Counted from the stretch's first letter, positions 20,642-32,986 are shown. The stretch is 64,000 nucleotides of DNA from Chamaesiphon sp. (GCA_965246715.1 CBDFFH010000041.1:32001-96000), one strand, 5' to 3'. The notes: generated from the letters alone by a model not told the origin. Made by a program: numbers and translations.

Positions 20642-21550
20642 ATGAATATACGCCGGATTGCCGCACTCGGGTTGGGGTTAATTGTAATTGCGCTCGGGAA
20701 TATCTTTGCGTTTGGCTCATTTGTGCCAGCCGGAATCGCACTAGAAAATAGTGAAATTTCAAGTTTTCCACAAATCGATCTCCAATTCACACCATCACAA
20801 CAAGCGATCGTCGGACAACTTCAAACAGCAAATGTGGTGTATCTTGGGGAAACGCACGATCGCCTAGCAGATCGTCAGCAGCAGTTAGCAATTATTCGGG
20901 CATTAATTAATCACCAACCGCGTCTAGCGATCGGTATGGAAATGTTTCAACGTCCGGCACAACCGTTCCTCGATCGCTATTTAGCAGGTAATATTACTGA
21001 AACCGAGTTAAGAACTAAAACAGAATTCGATCGCCGTTGGGGATTTAGTTGGGATGATTTCGTTCCACTTCTAAAATTTGCCAAAACCCATCGGCTTGAA
21101 TTAATCGCCCTAAATACTCCAACCGAAATTACGCGTAAAGTTGCCAAACAAGGACTAGATAGCCTAACTAAAGAAGATCTTCAATATATTCCACCACTGG
21201 CAGAGATCGATCGTAGCAATACTCAATATCGAGAGTCGATTTTGACTAGTTATCAGCAACATCTCGGCAGCGCATCGATAGCGAGTAAAACATTCGATCG
21301 CTTTTACACCGCCCAATTATTGTGGGATGAAACAATGGCGGAACGAGTCGCCAACTTCGTCAAACAACAACCCGACACTCGCGTCGTCGTATTAGCTGGA
21401 CGAGCGCATATTCTCTATGGTTATGGTATCCCCGATCGCGTGCGTCGCCGGATGGGACAAGCAAAATTTACCCACAAGACGGTATTACTCACCGATGAAG
21501 GCGATAAGCAACCACCATCACCTGCCGATTTTATCTGGGAGCGCCAGTAG
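20642..21550 (+). CDS. ChaN-family (putative heme/iron uptake) protein
   Basis: VVYLGETHD, IGMEMF, LIALNTP, AQLLWDETMA, AG..H. Confidence 0.85.
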   Translation: MNIRRIAALGLGLIVIALGNIFAFGSFVPAGIALENSEISSFPQIDLQFTPSQQAIVGQLQTANVVYLGETHDRLADRQQQLAIIRALINHQPRLAIGMEMFQRPAQPFLDRYLAGNITETELRTKTEFDRRWGFSWDDFVPLLKFAKTHRLELIALNTPTEITRKVAKQGLDSLTKEDLQYIPPLAEIDRSNTQYRESILTSYQQHLGSASIASKTFDRFYTAQLLWDETMAERVANFVKQQPDTRVVVLAGRAHILYGYGIPDRVRRRMGQAKFTHKTVLLTDEGDKQPPSPADFIWERQ

Positions 21551-21643
21551 TATCAGTGAAAATCAAATACGCCGCACCCACTAGTAAGATAAATGCTTTG
21601 AACATCGCCATAAAATTCGATGCCGATCGACGATCGGTAAAAA

Positions 21644-22399
21644 TCAAGCAGAAGCACTGTTCTCAGCCTTAATCGATTTACTCGCAACAATTACTTGAGC
21701 TTCGCGGAGGATGCGATCGCCTTGTCGATAACCCCGTACCACTTCTTGAATGACACGCTCGGCAGGTGTTGAGTCGCTAGGTTGTTGAGCGATCGCGTAC
21801 ATACATTGGGAGTCAAATGGCTCTCCTAGCGCAAGAATTGGGGTGATTTGGCGGTGACGGAGGATCGTCAGGAGCGATCGTCGAATCATCTCGATCCCTT
21901 CTTGATTGCTGGTTAATGCTGCGAGATAGGTGGCGGTAGTTTCCGTTGGGACTGGATCGGGTTTGGCAGTTAATTTTTGCCACAAGCTGAGTTGTGGGGG
22001 TGGAGTGATGGCAATTGCGTCAATTTGAGTTTGGTGATGGGCGATGACTCGATCGAGATCGTCCATGACTGCCAGTAATTCTTTCGATGAGCTAGGATTT
22101 TCCGCAGTTTTTGGGGCTGGTGCGGTAAGTTGTAATTGCAACTGTTCGTTACGCAATCGTTCTAAATCTAATGACTGTTGAAGTTCGACGTTAGTTGATT
22201 GGAATAGTTTATTTTGTTGCTTTATTTCCTGACGTAAAGCAATCCATTCACCAACCATTTGATAGGGATCGAAGGCGGGTAGTGATTCAGGCGGTTCGCC
22301 AAGATATTCTGGCAGTTCTGGAGCTGTCTGAAGATAGTCTAGCAAGCGATTTGCTAGTTCTTGTCGATCGATCGTTGCTCGCTCTGAGAAAGTGTCCAT
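21644..22399 (-). CDS. GrpE-like nucleotide exchange factor
   Basis: Coiled coil, ELLAVMDDLDR, GEPFDS, VIQEVVRGY...RILREAQVIV. Confidence 0.82.
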   Translation of the reverse strand: MDTFSERATIDRQELANRLLDYLQTAPELPEYLGEPPESLPAFDPYQMVGEWIALRQEIKQQNKLFQSTNVELQQSLDLERLRNEQLQLQLTAPAPKTAENPSSSKELLAVMDDLDRVIAHHQTQIDAIAITPPPQLSLWQKLTAKPDPVPTETTATYLAALTSNQEGIEMIRRSLLTILRHRQITPILALGEPFDSQCMYAIAQQPSDSTPAERVIQEVVRGYRQGDRILREAQVIVASKSIKAENSASA

Positions 22400-22572
22400 T
22401 GGTTCAATTTTGATTAGTTGCTAATTCTTGTCGATCGATAAACATCCTGCTGACTTCTGACTTCTGTTCGGATCTAGTTCATTCTAGTGGGGAGGGCAGA
22501 TTTTGCTGAAAAATCGTTGGTAAGTAAGTAGGTGCAATTATTTATAAAATATATTATGCCTGAAACCTAGAT

Positions 22573-22593
22573 GGTGGGCAGTGCCCACCCTAC
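22573..22593. repeat. GTAG-type REP palindrome
   Basis: GGTGGGCAGTGCCCACCCTAC; related copy at 61338-61359. Confidence 0.7.
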
Positions 22594-22715
22594 GCGACTA
22601 ATGATTGTCTGCCTCTACTAAAAAATTGTTGATATATATCGAAGGATATTTGCATAAACCTGCCCCTACAGATCCCAACTTTAGAGAATGAAATAGCCCT
22701 GTACTTCTGACCTCA

Positions 22716-23012
22716 TTAAAATGTGTCTCGGAGCATGGTTTCTAGGCTTACTTCTAGATGGGCGGTGAGTGTTTTTTTCAGTTGCTCGATGACGGCTGGA
22801 TCGATCGAAATTCCGAGTGGTTGTGGCTTGAAGAAATTCTCATTTAAACGTTTACAACCCTTCTGAATATCCTCATAAGCGGCACGAATAGCTTTGAATT
22901 CGGCAGGATGGGTTCGGGCAGGAAATTCGCGTAACTTGGTGTGGTAGGCGGCTTTAGCTTGGGCTGGGGTGGCATCTGGTTGAATGCCGAGGAGATCGTG
23001 GGGAGAAGTCAT
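22716..23012 (-). CDS. Small J-domain-like protein lacking canonical HPD
   Basis: PHDLLGI..DAT...AKAAY...LREFPA..HPAEFKAIRAAYE. Confidence 0.75.
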   Translation of the reverse strand: MTSPHDLLGIQPDATPAQAKAAYHTKLREFPARTHPAEFKAIRAAYEDIQKGCKRLNENFFKPQPLGISIDPAVIEQLKKTLTAHLEVSLETMLRDTF

Positions 23013-23039
23013 TTAAATTATGAATTATGAATATCGTTT

Positions 23040-25469
23040 TTAAAGATCCATGAAGGTGCGTTTGCGTTTTTTGGTATTTGGTGAGCCGAAAATAGCATCT
23101 AAGTCAATATCATCGTCATCCTCAAAATCATCATCATCGAAACTGTCATCACTCAGACCGGGCATATCGTTGAGAAATTTCTGTTTGAGGATGGGCATCA
23201 ATCGATCGAGTTCGGCGCGGGACATCCTCTTTCCGAAGGTTTCGCGAATCATTTCTTCGAGCGCTGCCCCCAGCATGGCTGGCATTACTACCTCAAAATC
23301 ATCATCGTCATCAAACCCAAAGCTTTGCATTCTTTGCTGTTCGAGGTAATAATCTTCGACGCGGAATGCTTGTAAAGCTTTAGCATCCTGCAACCGCCGA
23401 GCTAGCTCGAAGCCTGCAGATCGAGATTCGTCATAGGGTTTACTATGAGGCAAAAAAGTTGTCGCTTTGGCTAGGAGCAAGAGCGGATTTTGGGGTTCGT
23501 GGGATAGGGATGTCTCGATAAACGATCGCAATGATGTCTTTTGGGCGAACCACCGCACTTGGAGTTGGAGTGAGGCTAGGGCATTGCCAGGTTGGGGAGC
23601 CGCAGCGAGATAGAGCTTCAATGGCAATTCCAGTTTAGCTGGATTGTTTTCTTTGATGGCTAAGACGATGAGATGAATGGCTTGCGCTTCCGGGACTGCG
23701 GGAATCAGCGCGACAATTTTCAGCATGTATGCCGTACTCAGTGCGGCGATACCTTTGTCCCGTTTCGATAATACTTCGATCGATAACACGATCGCTTGAA
23801 GTACTGGTAACTGTTGCGGTGCAGTTAACCCTTTCAAAAGTTTATCCCAGGCGGTGGTGGCTTTGGCTTGGTCGATCGAAATTTTGCCCGTACTTGTAGA
23901 CTTTCCTGTTGCTGACTCTTTGAAAATTTGGCAAGCTCGGAGGGTGGGTTCGGTAGATTTCTCGGATGGGAGCGATCGACTGAATGAGTCATAGTCGTGA
24001 GTAGACAAGCTCTCGATCCAGGGTTCGATATTTATCTCGGCTTCGATCTGGAGATCGCCGAAGTTTTTGCCATAACGCTTGCGGATTTCGAGTATCTCCT
24101 GCTTACGGTTTGTTTCGATTAGGGCTTGCTGCAATGCTTTATACACTTCGATGAATTGACAACCCCCATCTAGTGCTGTGACGAACAGATCGATCGCCTC
24201 GACAGGATTGTCTGCCAGAAACGCAATTAATCCCTGGCGACCGAAGACTTCCGCTGAGGTGGGACAAATTCGTGCTGCTTGCTCCACCGCTCCTACAGCC
24301 ACGCGGTGCCGACCGAGAGCGATCGCACAATCCGCGATCGCGCAGTGCGCGTGGGCGAGGGTGCGATTGAGTCGATCTTCCGGCCAAGTGGTGGGATTCT
24401 TTTTAGCATCTTGTTCGATCCACTTAATCAAGCGCGTCAATAACCGTTGGCGTTCTTGATATTCGCCCGCTTCATCCAATACCTGTGAAAAATTAACAGC
24501 TAGTTTTGGATCTAGCTCTTTGGCTTGCATGAGTGGCTGCCAAAGCGCGATCGCACTGTCCGATCTGCCTTGAGTCATCGCCTGTTCGCCGGCGATTGTC
24601 AAAATTGTCGATTTTAACGCTATTAATTCGGCAATTCGCGGCGAGGCAGAGGTAAGTTTCAAGATCGCATGACCAGCATCATGAAAGTTACCCTCAGCCA
24701 TCAACTTCACGGCTGACAGCGCAGTCAAGACTTCTTGGGCAGCGCGATCGTTTTTTGGGACGATCGTCTGCCGTCCATCGCCATTAACCGCCTGTTGTAG
24801 CATTGCCAACTTTTGCAAGGCGGGATGACTGGGAAACTTCGGTTGACTAAAAAGAGCCAACATCCTCATCCCACCAAACCCTAACTTCAAACCTGCGGCA
24901 TCCCAATTCCCCTGCTGTTGCAAGGTATATGTCATCCAGGCATCGATCGAATCCCCAGGCGTGAGCGGTTTTTTCAACTTACTGAAATGGGGCACGGCCG
25001 ATCGCGGATCGCCAGCTTGTAGTTCCAATACTCCCTTCGCCCAGCTTAATTGCGCCGTACTAAAACGTTTGGGCTGGGTTTTAATCAGGCTTTCAACGGC
25101 GGCTCGATCGCCTTTAATTAGCAATAGTTTGAAATAGCAAATCCCATCATCCTTGGGCAATGTTTTATGCTCAAATGCAATGCTAATCAATTCCAGTGCA
25201 GCATCCAACTGATTTTGAGCCAGTAGCGTCTTGGCTAACCAGTAATGAATGTCTGCAACCAATCCAAGTTTTAATGCTTGTCTAAAGGAATTTTCCGCAG
25301 CTTTAAACTCGCTTTTTTCCAGTTCTTGCTGCCCACGCAGTCGCCATAATTCAGCTTCAGAGGGAGTACAGACAAAATCTGGCTGCGATCGCTGAATTTT
25401 TTTAATTTCATCGATCGCCTGTCGATATTTTTTCTGGGCTAACAGGGTTTGCAGTTGGGCTGAGGACAT
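23040..25469 (-). CDS. Large TPR-repeat protein with acidic C-terminus
   Basis: Helical TPR-like repeats and D/E-rich tail; start MSSAQL chosen. Confidence 0.75.
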   Translation of the reverse strand: MSSAQLQTLLAQKKYRQAIDEIKKIQRSQPDFVCTPSEAELWRLRGQQELEKSEFKAAENSFRQALKLGLVADIHYWLAKTLLAQNQLDAALELISIAFEHKTLPKDDGICYFKLLLIKGDRAAVESLIKTQPKRFSTAQLSWAKGVLELQAGDPRSAVPHFSKLKKPLTPGDSIDAWMTYTLQQQGNWDAAGLKLGFGGMRMLALFSQPKFPSHPALQKLAMLQQAVNGDGRQTIVPKNDRAAQEVLTALSAVKLMAEGNFHDAGHAILKLTSASPRIAELIALKSTILTIAGEQAMTQGRSDSAIALWQPLMQAKELDPKLAVNFSQVLDEAGEYQERQRLLTRLIKWIEQDAKKNPTTWPEDRLNRTLAHAHCAIADCAIALGRHRVAVGAVEQAARICPTSAEVFGRQGLIAFLADNPVEAIDLFVTALDGGCQFIEVYKALQQALIETNRKQEILEIRKRYGKNFGDLQIEAEINIEPWIESLSTHDYDSFSRSLPSEKSTEPTLRACQIFKESATGKSTSTGKISIDQAKATTAWDKLLKGLTAPQQLPVLQAIVLSIEVLSKRDKGIAALSTAYMLKIVALIPAVPEAQAIHLIVLAIKENNPAKLELPLKLYLAAAPQPGNALASLQLQVRWFAQKTSLRSFIETSLSHEPQNPLLLLAKATTFLPHSKPYDESRSAGFELARRLQDAKALQAFRVEDYYLEQQRMQSFGFDDDDDFEVVMPAMLGAALEEMIRETFGKRMSRAELDRLMPILKQKFLNDMPGLSDDSFDDDDFEDDDDIDLDAIFGSPNTKKRKRTFMDL

Positions 25470-25591
25470 GGGCAAAAGGTATTGAAGTGTTGTTGCCAAA
25501 CATAGATATTTTTGTGGCTCTGGGCTAGAATTGCCAGAGACTTGCAATTTCAAGTATCAAAAAACTCGATCGATAATTACTAGATTACCTC

Positions 25592-27406
25592 ATGGGCAGA
25601 ACTGTTGGGATTGACTTAGGCACGACTAACTCGGAAGTCGCGATCGTTGAAAATGGGCAAGCACGGATTTTGCCGCTCGCTGATGGCAGTTTGATGCTGC
25701 CATCTTGCGTGGGTTTTAGCGCGACTGGACAGTTATTAGTCGGACGCGAAGCCCTGCGCCAGTATGCCGCAGCACCCGATCGGACGGTGAAGTCAATTAA
25801 GCGATCGATGGGTACCGATGTCCAAACGAGTTTCCACATCGACACCAATGATATTCGTCAGTATCTCCCCCACGAAATCTCAGCAATTATCCTCAAAACC
25901 CTCAAACAACGCGCCGAACAAATATTAGGCGAAGCCGTCACCCAAGCGGTAATTACCGTCCCTGCCTATTTTACCGATGCCCAACGGCAGGCAACGAAAC
26001 TAGCGGGCGAAGTGGCGGGATTAGAAGTTTTACAAATTATTAACGAACCCACTGCTGCGGCTCTGACTTATAATGCTCGATCGGCAGAGAGTGAGATCGT
26101 TCTAGTCTATGATTTAGGCGGTGGTACCTTCGATGTTTCGGTCGTCGAAATTACGGGTGATGTCACCGAAGTCCTGGCCAGTCATGGGAATAATCGCCTC
26201 GGTGGGGATGATTTCGATCGCAGGTTGCAACTCCATCTCGCGGAACAGTTTCGGAAGACTCACAAAGTCGAGATCCCCGACGATCCCGCCACCCAAGCCA
26301 GACTGCTCCAAATCGCCGAACAGGTCAAAATCGACCTGAGTTCCCATGCCTTCGCCACCGTCAGAGAGACCTATCTCGGCACCAAGGGCAGCACCGGATT
26401 GCACTTGGAGACTGAAATCGCCCGCAGCGATTTTGAGAACCTTATTAGACCATTATTGACCGAGACGCTGACAGCGATCGATCGCGCATTAGAAGATGCC
26501 AGCTTATCAAAAGACGATCTCGATCGGGTCATCCTCGTTGGTGGTTCCACCCGCCTCCCATTAGTCCAATCAATGGTCGAAGAACATCTAGGACAAGCCC
26601 CGATCGATGGCGTACAGCCAGATCTCTGTGTCGCCCTCGGCGCGGCGATTCAAGCAGGTGTGATGGCGGGAGAATCGATCGATGCCATTTTAGTCGATGT
26701 CTGTCCCCACTCCCTCGGCATCTCCGCCGTCATCGATACCCCGATGGGGCTGCAAGACGGCTTCTTTAGCGTGATTATCCCCCGCAATAGCGTCGTCCCC
26801 GTCTCCCGTTCCGAAGTTTATTCGACGGTGATGGATAATCAACCCAAGGTCGAAATCGATGTCTTTCAAGGCGAAAATATCGCCGCTGAGGAGAATGTCC
26901 CCCTGGGTTCATTTACGATCGAAGATTTACCCCCTCGTCCCGCTGGATCGCTAGTTGTGGAAGTCCATTTTGACTTTGACATCAATGGTATTCTCACTGT
27001 CACCGCAACCGAAAAAGGTAAAGGCAACCAGGGTAGTTTGGTAGTTAACAATAGCTCCATCAATCGCTTATCTAGCCACGAACTAATCTCCGCCCGTGCC
27101 GAACTAGACACCCTATTTGCCGACGGCTGGGATATCGAAAAAACACCGACTTCAGGCATGTCACTAGCGCAGTCTGTCAGCCCAGAAAATGCCCTTGCCT
27201 CGAACGAAATCTTAGACTTACAAACTCGCAGTCAAACAGTTTTGGCAAGCTTAGAAGATGCCGAGGAAGTAAAGGAACTAGCAGGCTTAATCGATCGACT
27301 AAAAGTCTCGCTAGCTGCTGGAAACTCAACTGCGATCGAAGCAACACAAGCTGAATTAACAGATTTTATTTATTACGCTACCAGTAACTCCGAAACTAAT
27401 TCATGA
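25592..27406 (+). CDS. Hsp70 family chaperone (non-housekeeping DnaK paralog)
   Basis: GIDLGTTNS, TVPAYF, INEPTAAAL, DLGGGTFDVS, LGGDDFD, LVGGSTR; short divergent lid. Confidence 0.95.
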   Translation: MGRTVGIDLGTTNSEVAIVENGQARILPLADGSLMLPSCVGFSATGQLLVGREALRQYAAAPDRTVKSIKRSMGTDVQTSFHIDTNDIRQYLPHEISAIILKTLKQRAEQILGEAVTQAVITVPAYFTDAQRQATKLAGEVAGLEVLQIINEPTAAALTYNARSAESEIVLVYDLGGGTFDVSVVEITGDVTEVLASHGNNRLGGDDFDRRLQLHLAEQFRKTHKVEIPDDPATQARLLQIAEQVKIDLSSHAFATVRETYLGTKGSTGLHLETEIARSDFENLIRPLLTETLTAIDRALEDASLSKDDLDRVILVGGSTRLPLVQSMVEEHLGQAPIDGVQPDLCVALGAAIQAGVMAGESIDAILVDVCPHSLGISAVIDTPMGLQDGFFSVIIPRNSVVPVSRSEVYSTVMDNQPKVEIDVFQGENIAAEENVPLGSFTIEDLPPRPAGSLVVEVHFDFDINGILTVTATEKGKGNQGSLVVNNSSINRLSSHELISARAELDTLFADGWDIEKTPTSGMSLAQSVSPENALASNEILDLQTRSQTVLASLEDAEEVKELAGLIDRLKVSLAAGNSTAIEATQAELTDFIYYATSNSETNS

Positions 27407-27762
27407 AATGTCCCGTTTGTCGGGCAACCTATCGGGTTGCTGCATCTCCAGATTCGATCGCGCCTTGTCATCGATGTGGTGCAGATCTAACGATGCTAAT
27501 TCAATTACAAGATCGCGCAATTGCTCATCACCGTCACGCGATCGAGCTATTCGTGGCTGAAGACTATTCAGGGGCGATTGCGGAGAATGATAAGGCCATT
27601 TCCCTACATTTCCACTATCCAGCCTTTCACGCTTTTGCAGGGCAATTATTCGCGCTAGAAGGGAAGTTCGATCGGGCAATTCGAGCGTGGCAAATTGCCC
27701 AAAAGTTAGATCCTCAAAATACATTTGCTCGTCTCCAAGAAAAAATTCGGAAACTGGCATAG
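27403..27762 (+). CDS. Zn-ribbon plus TPR small protein
   Basis: CPVC...CHRC followed by TPR-like helices; ATGA overlap with the Hsp70 gene. Confidence 0.75.
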   Translation: MKCPVCRATYRVAASPDSIAPCHRCGADLTMLIQLQDRAIAHHRHAIELFVAEDYSGAIAENDKAISLHFHYPAFHAFAGQLFALEGKFDRAIRAWQIAQKLDPQNTFARLQEKIRKLA

Positions 27763-27956
27763 GCTCGATCGAATGTTATCATTTACGCATCCCACTCGTC
27801 GGCGTAGCCTTTTTGCTAGGGCAAACGCTACGCGTTGGCAAAGCCTGCGCTTTGCGCTTACGGAACGAAAATCGCTCCTGGTGGGGATAGGTGGGTTCGA
27901 TCTCAATTGATATCGATTAAAATCTTTATAGGAAGTACTTACATTGTGAGCGATCG

Positions 27957-28553
27957 ATGATGAATCAAGCCCTATTACTTTCAAAAAATACCGATCGACA
28001 GTTTGTATACTCTGGCATCGATTGGCAACAGTTCAAGTTGATTCAATCTGGCTTTGCCGAGGCTTCAGGTATTCGGCTTGCCTACTTCAATGGAACGATC
28101 GAAATTCTGATGCCAGGAAGAACTCACGAATTGTTTAAAAGCATTATTGGAATGCTAATTGAGTTATTTTGCTTGGAAATGGCGATTGAATTTGAACCGA
28201 CGGGTTCGATGACTCAAGAACGGGAAGGCGAAGTTTCGCTCGAAGCTGATGAATCTTACTGTTTTGGCATATCTAAATCTATTCCCGATTTAGCAATTGA
28301 AGTAGTTTTAACCAGTGGTGGTAACGATAAGCTTCAGCGATATGAAATATTAGGGATCTCCGAAGTCTGGTTTTGGCAAGATGGAGTGTTTAGTCTCTAT
28401 CGTCTCCGAGATGGTAAGTACGATCGCATTACCCGTAGTGAAATTCCCGAACTGACTGCATTAGATATCGATCTGCTAACTCGTTGTGTCTTGATGGCAG
28501 AAACTTCTCGATTGAATGCTGCAAATGAATTTCGTAAGATGATTAAGTTATGA
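27957..28553 (+). CDS. Uma2 (DUF820) family endonuclease-like protein
   Basis: EADESYC, PDLAIEVV.TS, LGISEVWFW. Confidence 0.9.
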   Translation: MMNQALLLSKNTDRQFVYSGIDWQQFKLIQSGFAEASGIRLAYFNGTIEILMPGRTHELFKSIIGMLIELFCLEMAIEFEPTGSMTQEREGEVSLEADESYCFGISKSIPDLAIEVVLTSGGNDKLQRYEILGISEVWFWQDGVFSLYRLRDGKYDRITRSEIPELTALDIDLLTRCVLMAETSRLNAANEFRKMIKL

Positions 28554-28605
28554 TAGCGATCGATCCATGCTGGTGGGCGAGTTCGATCGATAGAATCTTA
28601 CATAC

Positions 28606-29230
28606 AATTCACCCACACAAACCTGTAGGGGCAGGTTTATGGAACAACCTCAGATGGTTATAAAAATCTCAATCAAACCTGCCCTCCCCACTAACAACCC
28701 ATCGCATGTCATCATCCTAAATTATCACAATCGATCGATCCTGGCGAGGATAAGCAGATTCGGTTGAGATCGATTCTCTTTCAGAGCAACTGAGCCGACA
28801 TAATTATCGTCTAATGGATGAAAGGAACTTTGCTGGGTGTGCTGGGTTTCATTCTTCAACCCAACCTACAGATCTGCCATTCGGTTTTGGTGGCAAGATT
28901 GACAATTGATAGGCACTGAGCTTTGATAAGCGCGATAATAGCAGTACTTTCTGAGGGTAGTGTTGCCAAGAGCCGTTTAGATCTAGAATGTTATGTCTGT
29001 ATTTTACAATATCGATCGAGTGATATCGATCGATTAAAACAGCAACCAAATTAGTTTAAATCTAATATTCACACACAAATCCGTAGGGGCAGGTTTATGG
29101 AATAACCTACGAATAATTCTAAGAATCTAAATCAAACCTGCCCAACCCCACTAGCAATCGATCGAATGTCACCAGCCCAAATTATCACAATCGCTCCTGG
29201 TGAAGATGGGCGGGTTTGTTTGAGATCGAA
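28606..29230. repeat. Two degenerate ~165-bp direct repeats containing GTAGGGGCAGGTTT...AAACCTGCCC REP arms
   Basis: ~28606-28774 aligns by eye with ~29067-29230; related arm at ~22657-22669. Confidence 0.75.
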
Positions 29231-29352
29231 TTTAGCGGTGATTATTTGCATAAACAAAGCCATCTACAGATCCTATCTTTGATATGCGATCGAGTCATAA
29301 AAATCGATTAAAATGATGGATACATTAGATTTAATCTCTTTTCTAATCAAAA

Positions 29353-29934
29353 ATGGTTTCAGATAGAATATTTGCATTGCCACCAGGCTATTCTCTCCGA
29401 ACGGCAACGAAAGAGGACTTAATCAGAATAGTATATTTTGCAGCTATTGGAAAGAGTGGAAAATATAAGACTCTAGCAATTTTATTTTTCTTAATATCGA
29501 TATTCTCAATATTCTCTAAGTCTTGGGCAACAGTAATTGTTATAATGTTTTGTTGTGTATACTTATTATTCTGTTTTTCCTGGTATCTAGCATAGCTTAA
29601 TTTTCTAGCAAAGCAGATGATAGTTATCTATTTTGTTGAACATGGTAATGAAGTTTGTGGATATGTTCGTTGTGATACTCTCACCGATTATCAATATATC
29701 TTTTCATTATTAGTTTCAAGGAAACATCAAAATCGAGGAATAGGTAGTAGCTTGGTTTGGTATTGTATCAACAATACTCAACAACCTGTTTATTTAACAG
29801 CTTATGGCTATAGACTGAAGGCCTTTTACAACAGATTTGGCTTTGTTACTATAGATTGGCTAAATTCACCTACTAATATTTCTTTGCTTCGACTACATAA
29901 GTCTAGAGATCTCATGGGCTTTAGAAATAGCTAA
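29353..29934 (+). pseudogene. GNAT acetyltransferase with TM insert, interrupted by one in-frame TAG
   Basis: ORFs 29353-29595 and 29617-29934 are in one frame (WYLA*LNFLAKQM); HQNRGIGSSL and FYNRFGF GNAT motifs. Confidence 0.75.
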
Positions 29935-29971
29935 AAATTTTATTAATATCCATTAATTCAAATTGCTAAAA

Positions 29972-29997
29972 AACCGAGCTTATTTATAAGCTCGGTT
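29972..29997. terminator. Bidirectional intrinsic terminator
   Basis: AACCGAGCTTAT-tt-ATAAGCTCGGTT between convergent genes. Confidence 0.7.
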
Positions 29998-30016
29998 AAG
30001 TTTAATAGTCAGTAAT

Positions 30017-31435
<1,419 letters not shown>

Positions 31436-31476
31436 TTAAATATAATTTTTAATTCGTTGGCTACGGTTGAAGGGGT

Positions 31477-31637
31477 ACCCACCCCGTCGCTACGCGCCAC
31501 CCCTCCGAGGAGGGGAATTTTTAGCGTGGATGTTGGGGTTCAATTTACCCTAACCAACCTACCGATCTAAAATAATTCAAAATTGATTAGGGCGGAAAAT
31601 TCCCTCCTCGGAGGGGTACCCGAAGGGGGGTGGGTAG
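31477..31637. repeat. Long inverted repeat (REP-like) between chlL and chlN
   Basis: CCCCTCCGAGGAGGG(G)AATTTT ... AAAATTCCCTCCTCGGAGGGG with outer ACCCACCCC/GGGGTGGGT arms. Confidence 0.75.
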
Positions 31638-31659
31638 ATCCCCGCCACCCCTCCAACCC

Positions 31660-32526
31660 CTAAACCATCATCAGATCCTGTTTCTCGCTAGCATCCTGAA
31701 CCTTCGGCTCAACAGGATTGAGATAGAAATCAGACAACAGACTAAACAGATCTCTGTCAGGAGCATCCGTCGGTACCACACCTTCAGGTAACGCTAGAAT
31801 CTGATCCGCGATGTTCAGATAGTAATCACAAACATATTCCAACGAAGGATCGGTTTCCGCCATTTCAAACAACGTCTTACCCTTAACGCGGGAAACGCGA
31901 ATGTCTTCAATCAGCGGTAAAACTTCCAAGACAGGCATCGGAACTGTTTCGATATATTTATCGATCAAATCGCGCTTAGATGTGCGATTCCCAATCAAAC
32001 CAGCCAACCGTAAAGGATGTGTCCGTGCTTTTTCCCGAACAGATGCGGCAATCCGATTTGCTGCGAATAAAGCATCGAAACCATTGTCGGTCACGATCAA
32101 ACAGTAGTCAGCGTAGTTTAGAGGTGCAGCAAAACCACCGCACACCACATCGCCAAGTACATCGAATAAAATAATGTCGTACTCGTCAAAAGCATTTAAT
32201 TCTTTGAGCAGCTTAACTGTCTCTCCTACTACATAACCACCGCAACCAGCACCAGCGGGAGGCCCGCCAGCTTCGACGCAATCAACGCCGCCATAACCTT
32301 TGTAGATGACATCTTCAGGCCAGACATCTTCGTAATGATAGTCTTTTTCTTGAAGTGTATCGATGATCGTCGGAATCAGGAACCCCGTCAGCGTGAAAGT
32401 ACTATCATGCTTGGGGTCGCAACCGATTTGTAAGACTTTTTTGCCGCGTTTTGCCAACGCGACGGAGATGTTGCAACTAGTTGTGGATTTGCCAATTCCA
32501 CCTTTGCCATATACTGCCAGTTTCAC
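31660..32526 (-). CDS. chlL: Dark-operative protochlorophyllide reductase iron-sulfur ATP-binding subunit L
   Basis: [38 protein letters not shown]. Confidence 0.98.
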   Translation of the reverse strand: MKLAVYGKGGIGKSTTSCNISVALAKRGKKVLQIGCDPKHDSTFTLTGFLIPTIIDTLQEKDYHYEDVWPEDVIYKGYGGVDCVEAGGPPAGAGCGGYVVGETVKLLKELNAFDEYDIILFDVLGDVVCGGFAAPLNYADYCLIVTDNGFDALFAANRIAASVREKARTHPLRLAGLIGNRTSKRDLIDKYIETVPMPVLEVLPLIEDIRVSRVKGKTLFEMAETDPSLEYVCDYYLNIADQILALPEGVVPTDAPDRDLFSLLSDFYLNPVEPKVQDASEKQDLMMV

Positions 32527-32986
32527 GATCTGCTAGTCTCCATTACTTAATGTGGGCGATCTCAAACGAGAAGAACTATCTATAAAATTTCTGCTACGTC
32601 TAGCATTATTCACTAACTTCCCCAGAAATGGGGGAAAAGTTACAATTCGATCTGGATTTTAAATTGCTTAATCTATTCTATAGGTTACTTAATATTCTCT
32701 AGATCTGAATAATTCTGTCTCAAGTCACCACTATCAGCCTTAGTAATTTTTGTGTTCGTTTTAAGACTAATTTAGAACAATAACAAAAAATACTCGATCG
32801 CAGTCACAGAGCAGGAAAGACGCAGAAAATCGATCGGAAATTGTGCCGATACCCTGTCGCAGTGGCTAGTAAGGTTCGGAGGTGACTGAGGAGAGCGGAA
32901 GATTGGGACTCAAATGGCGTTATTCGGCCATAATTAGCGATCGAGATTGCCACTAACCGATCGAGAAATCCTAGAATAATCGTTAG

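Noticed and set aside
25592..27406. Housekeeping dnaK
   Set aside because: Short divergent C-terminus and atypical dedicated partner genes, so the symbol was withheld
31660..32526. NifH-like nitrogenase reductase
   Set aside because: Sequence motifs and the adjacent chlN identify it as ChlL
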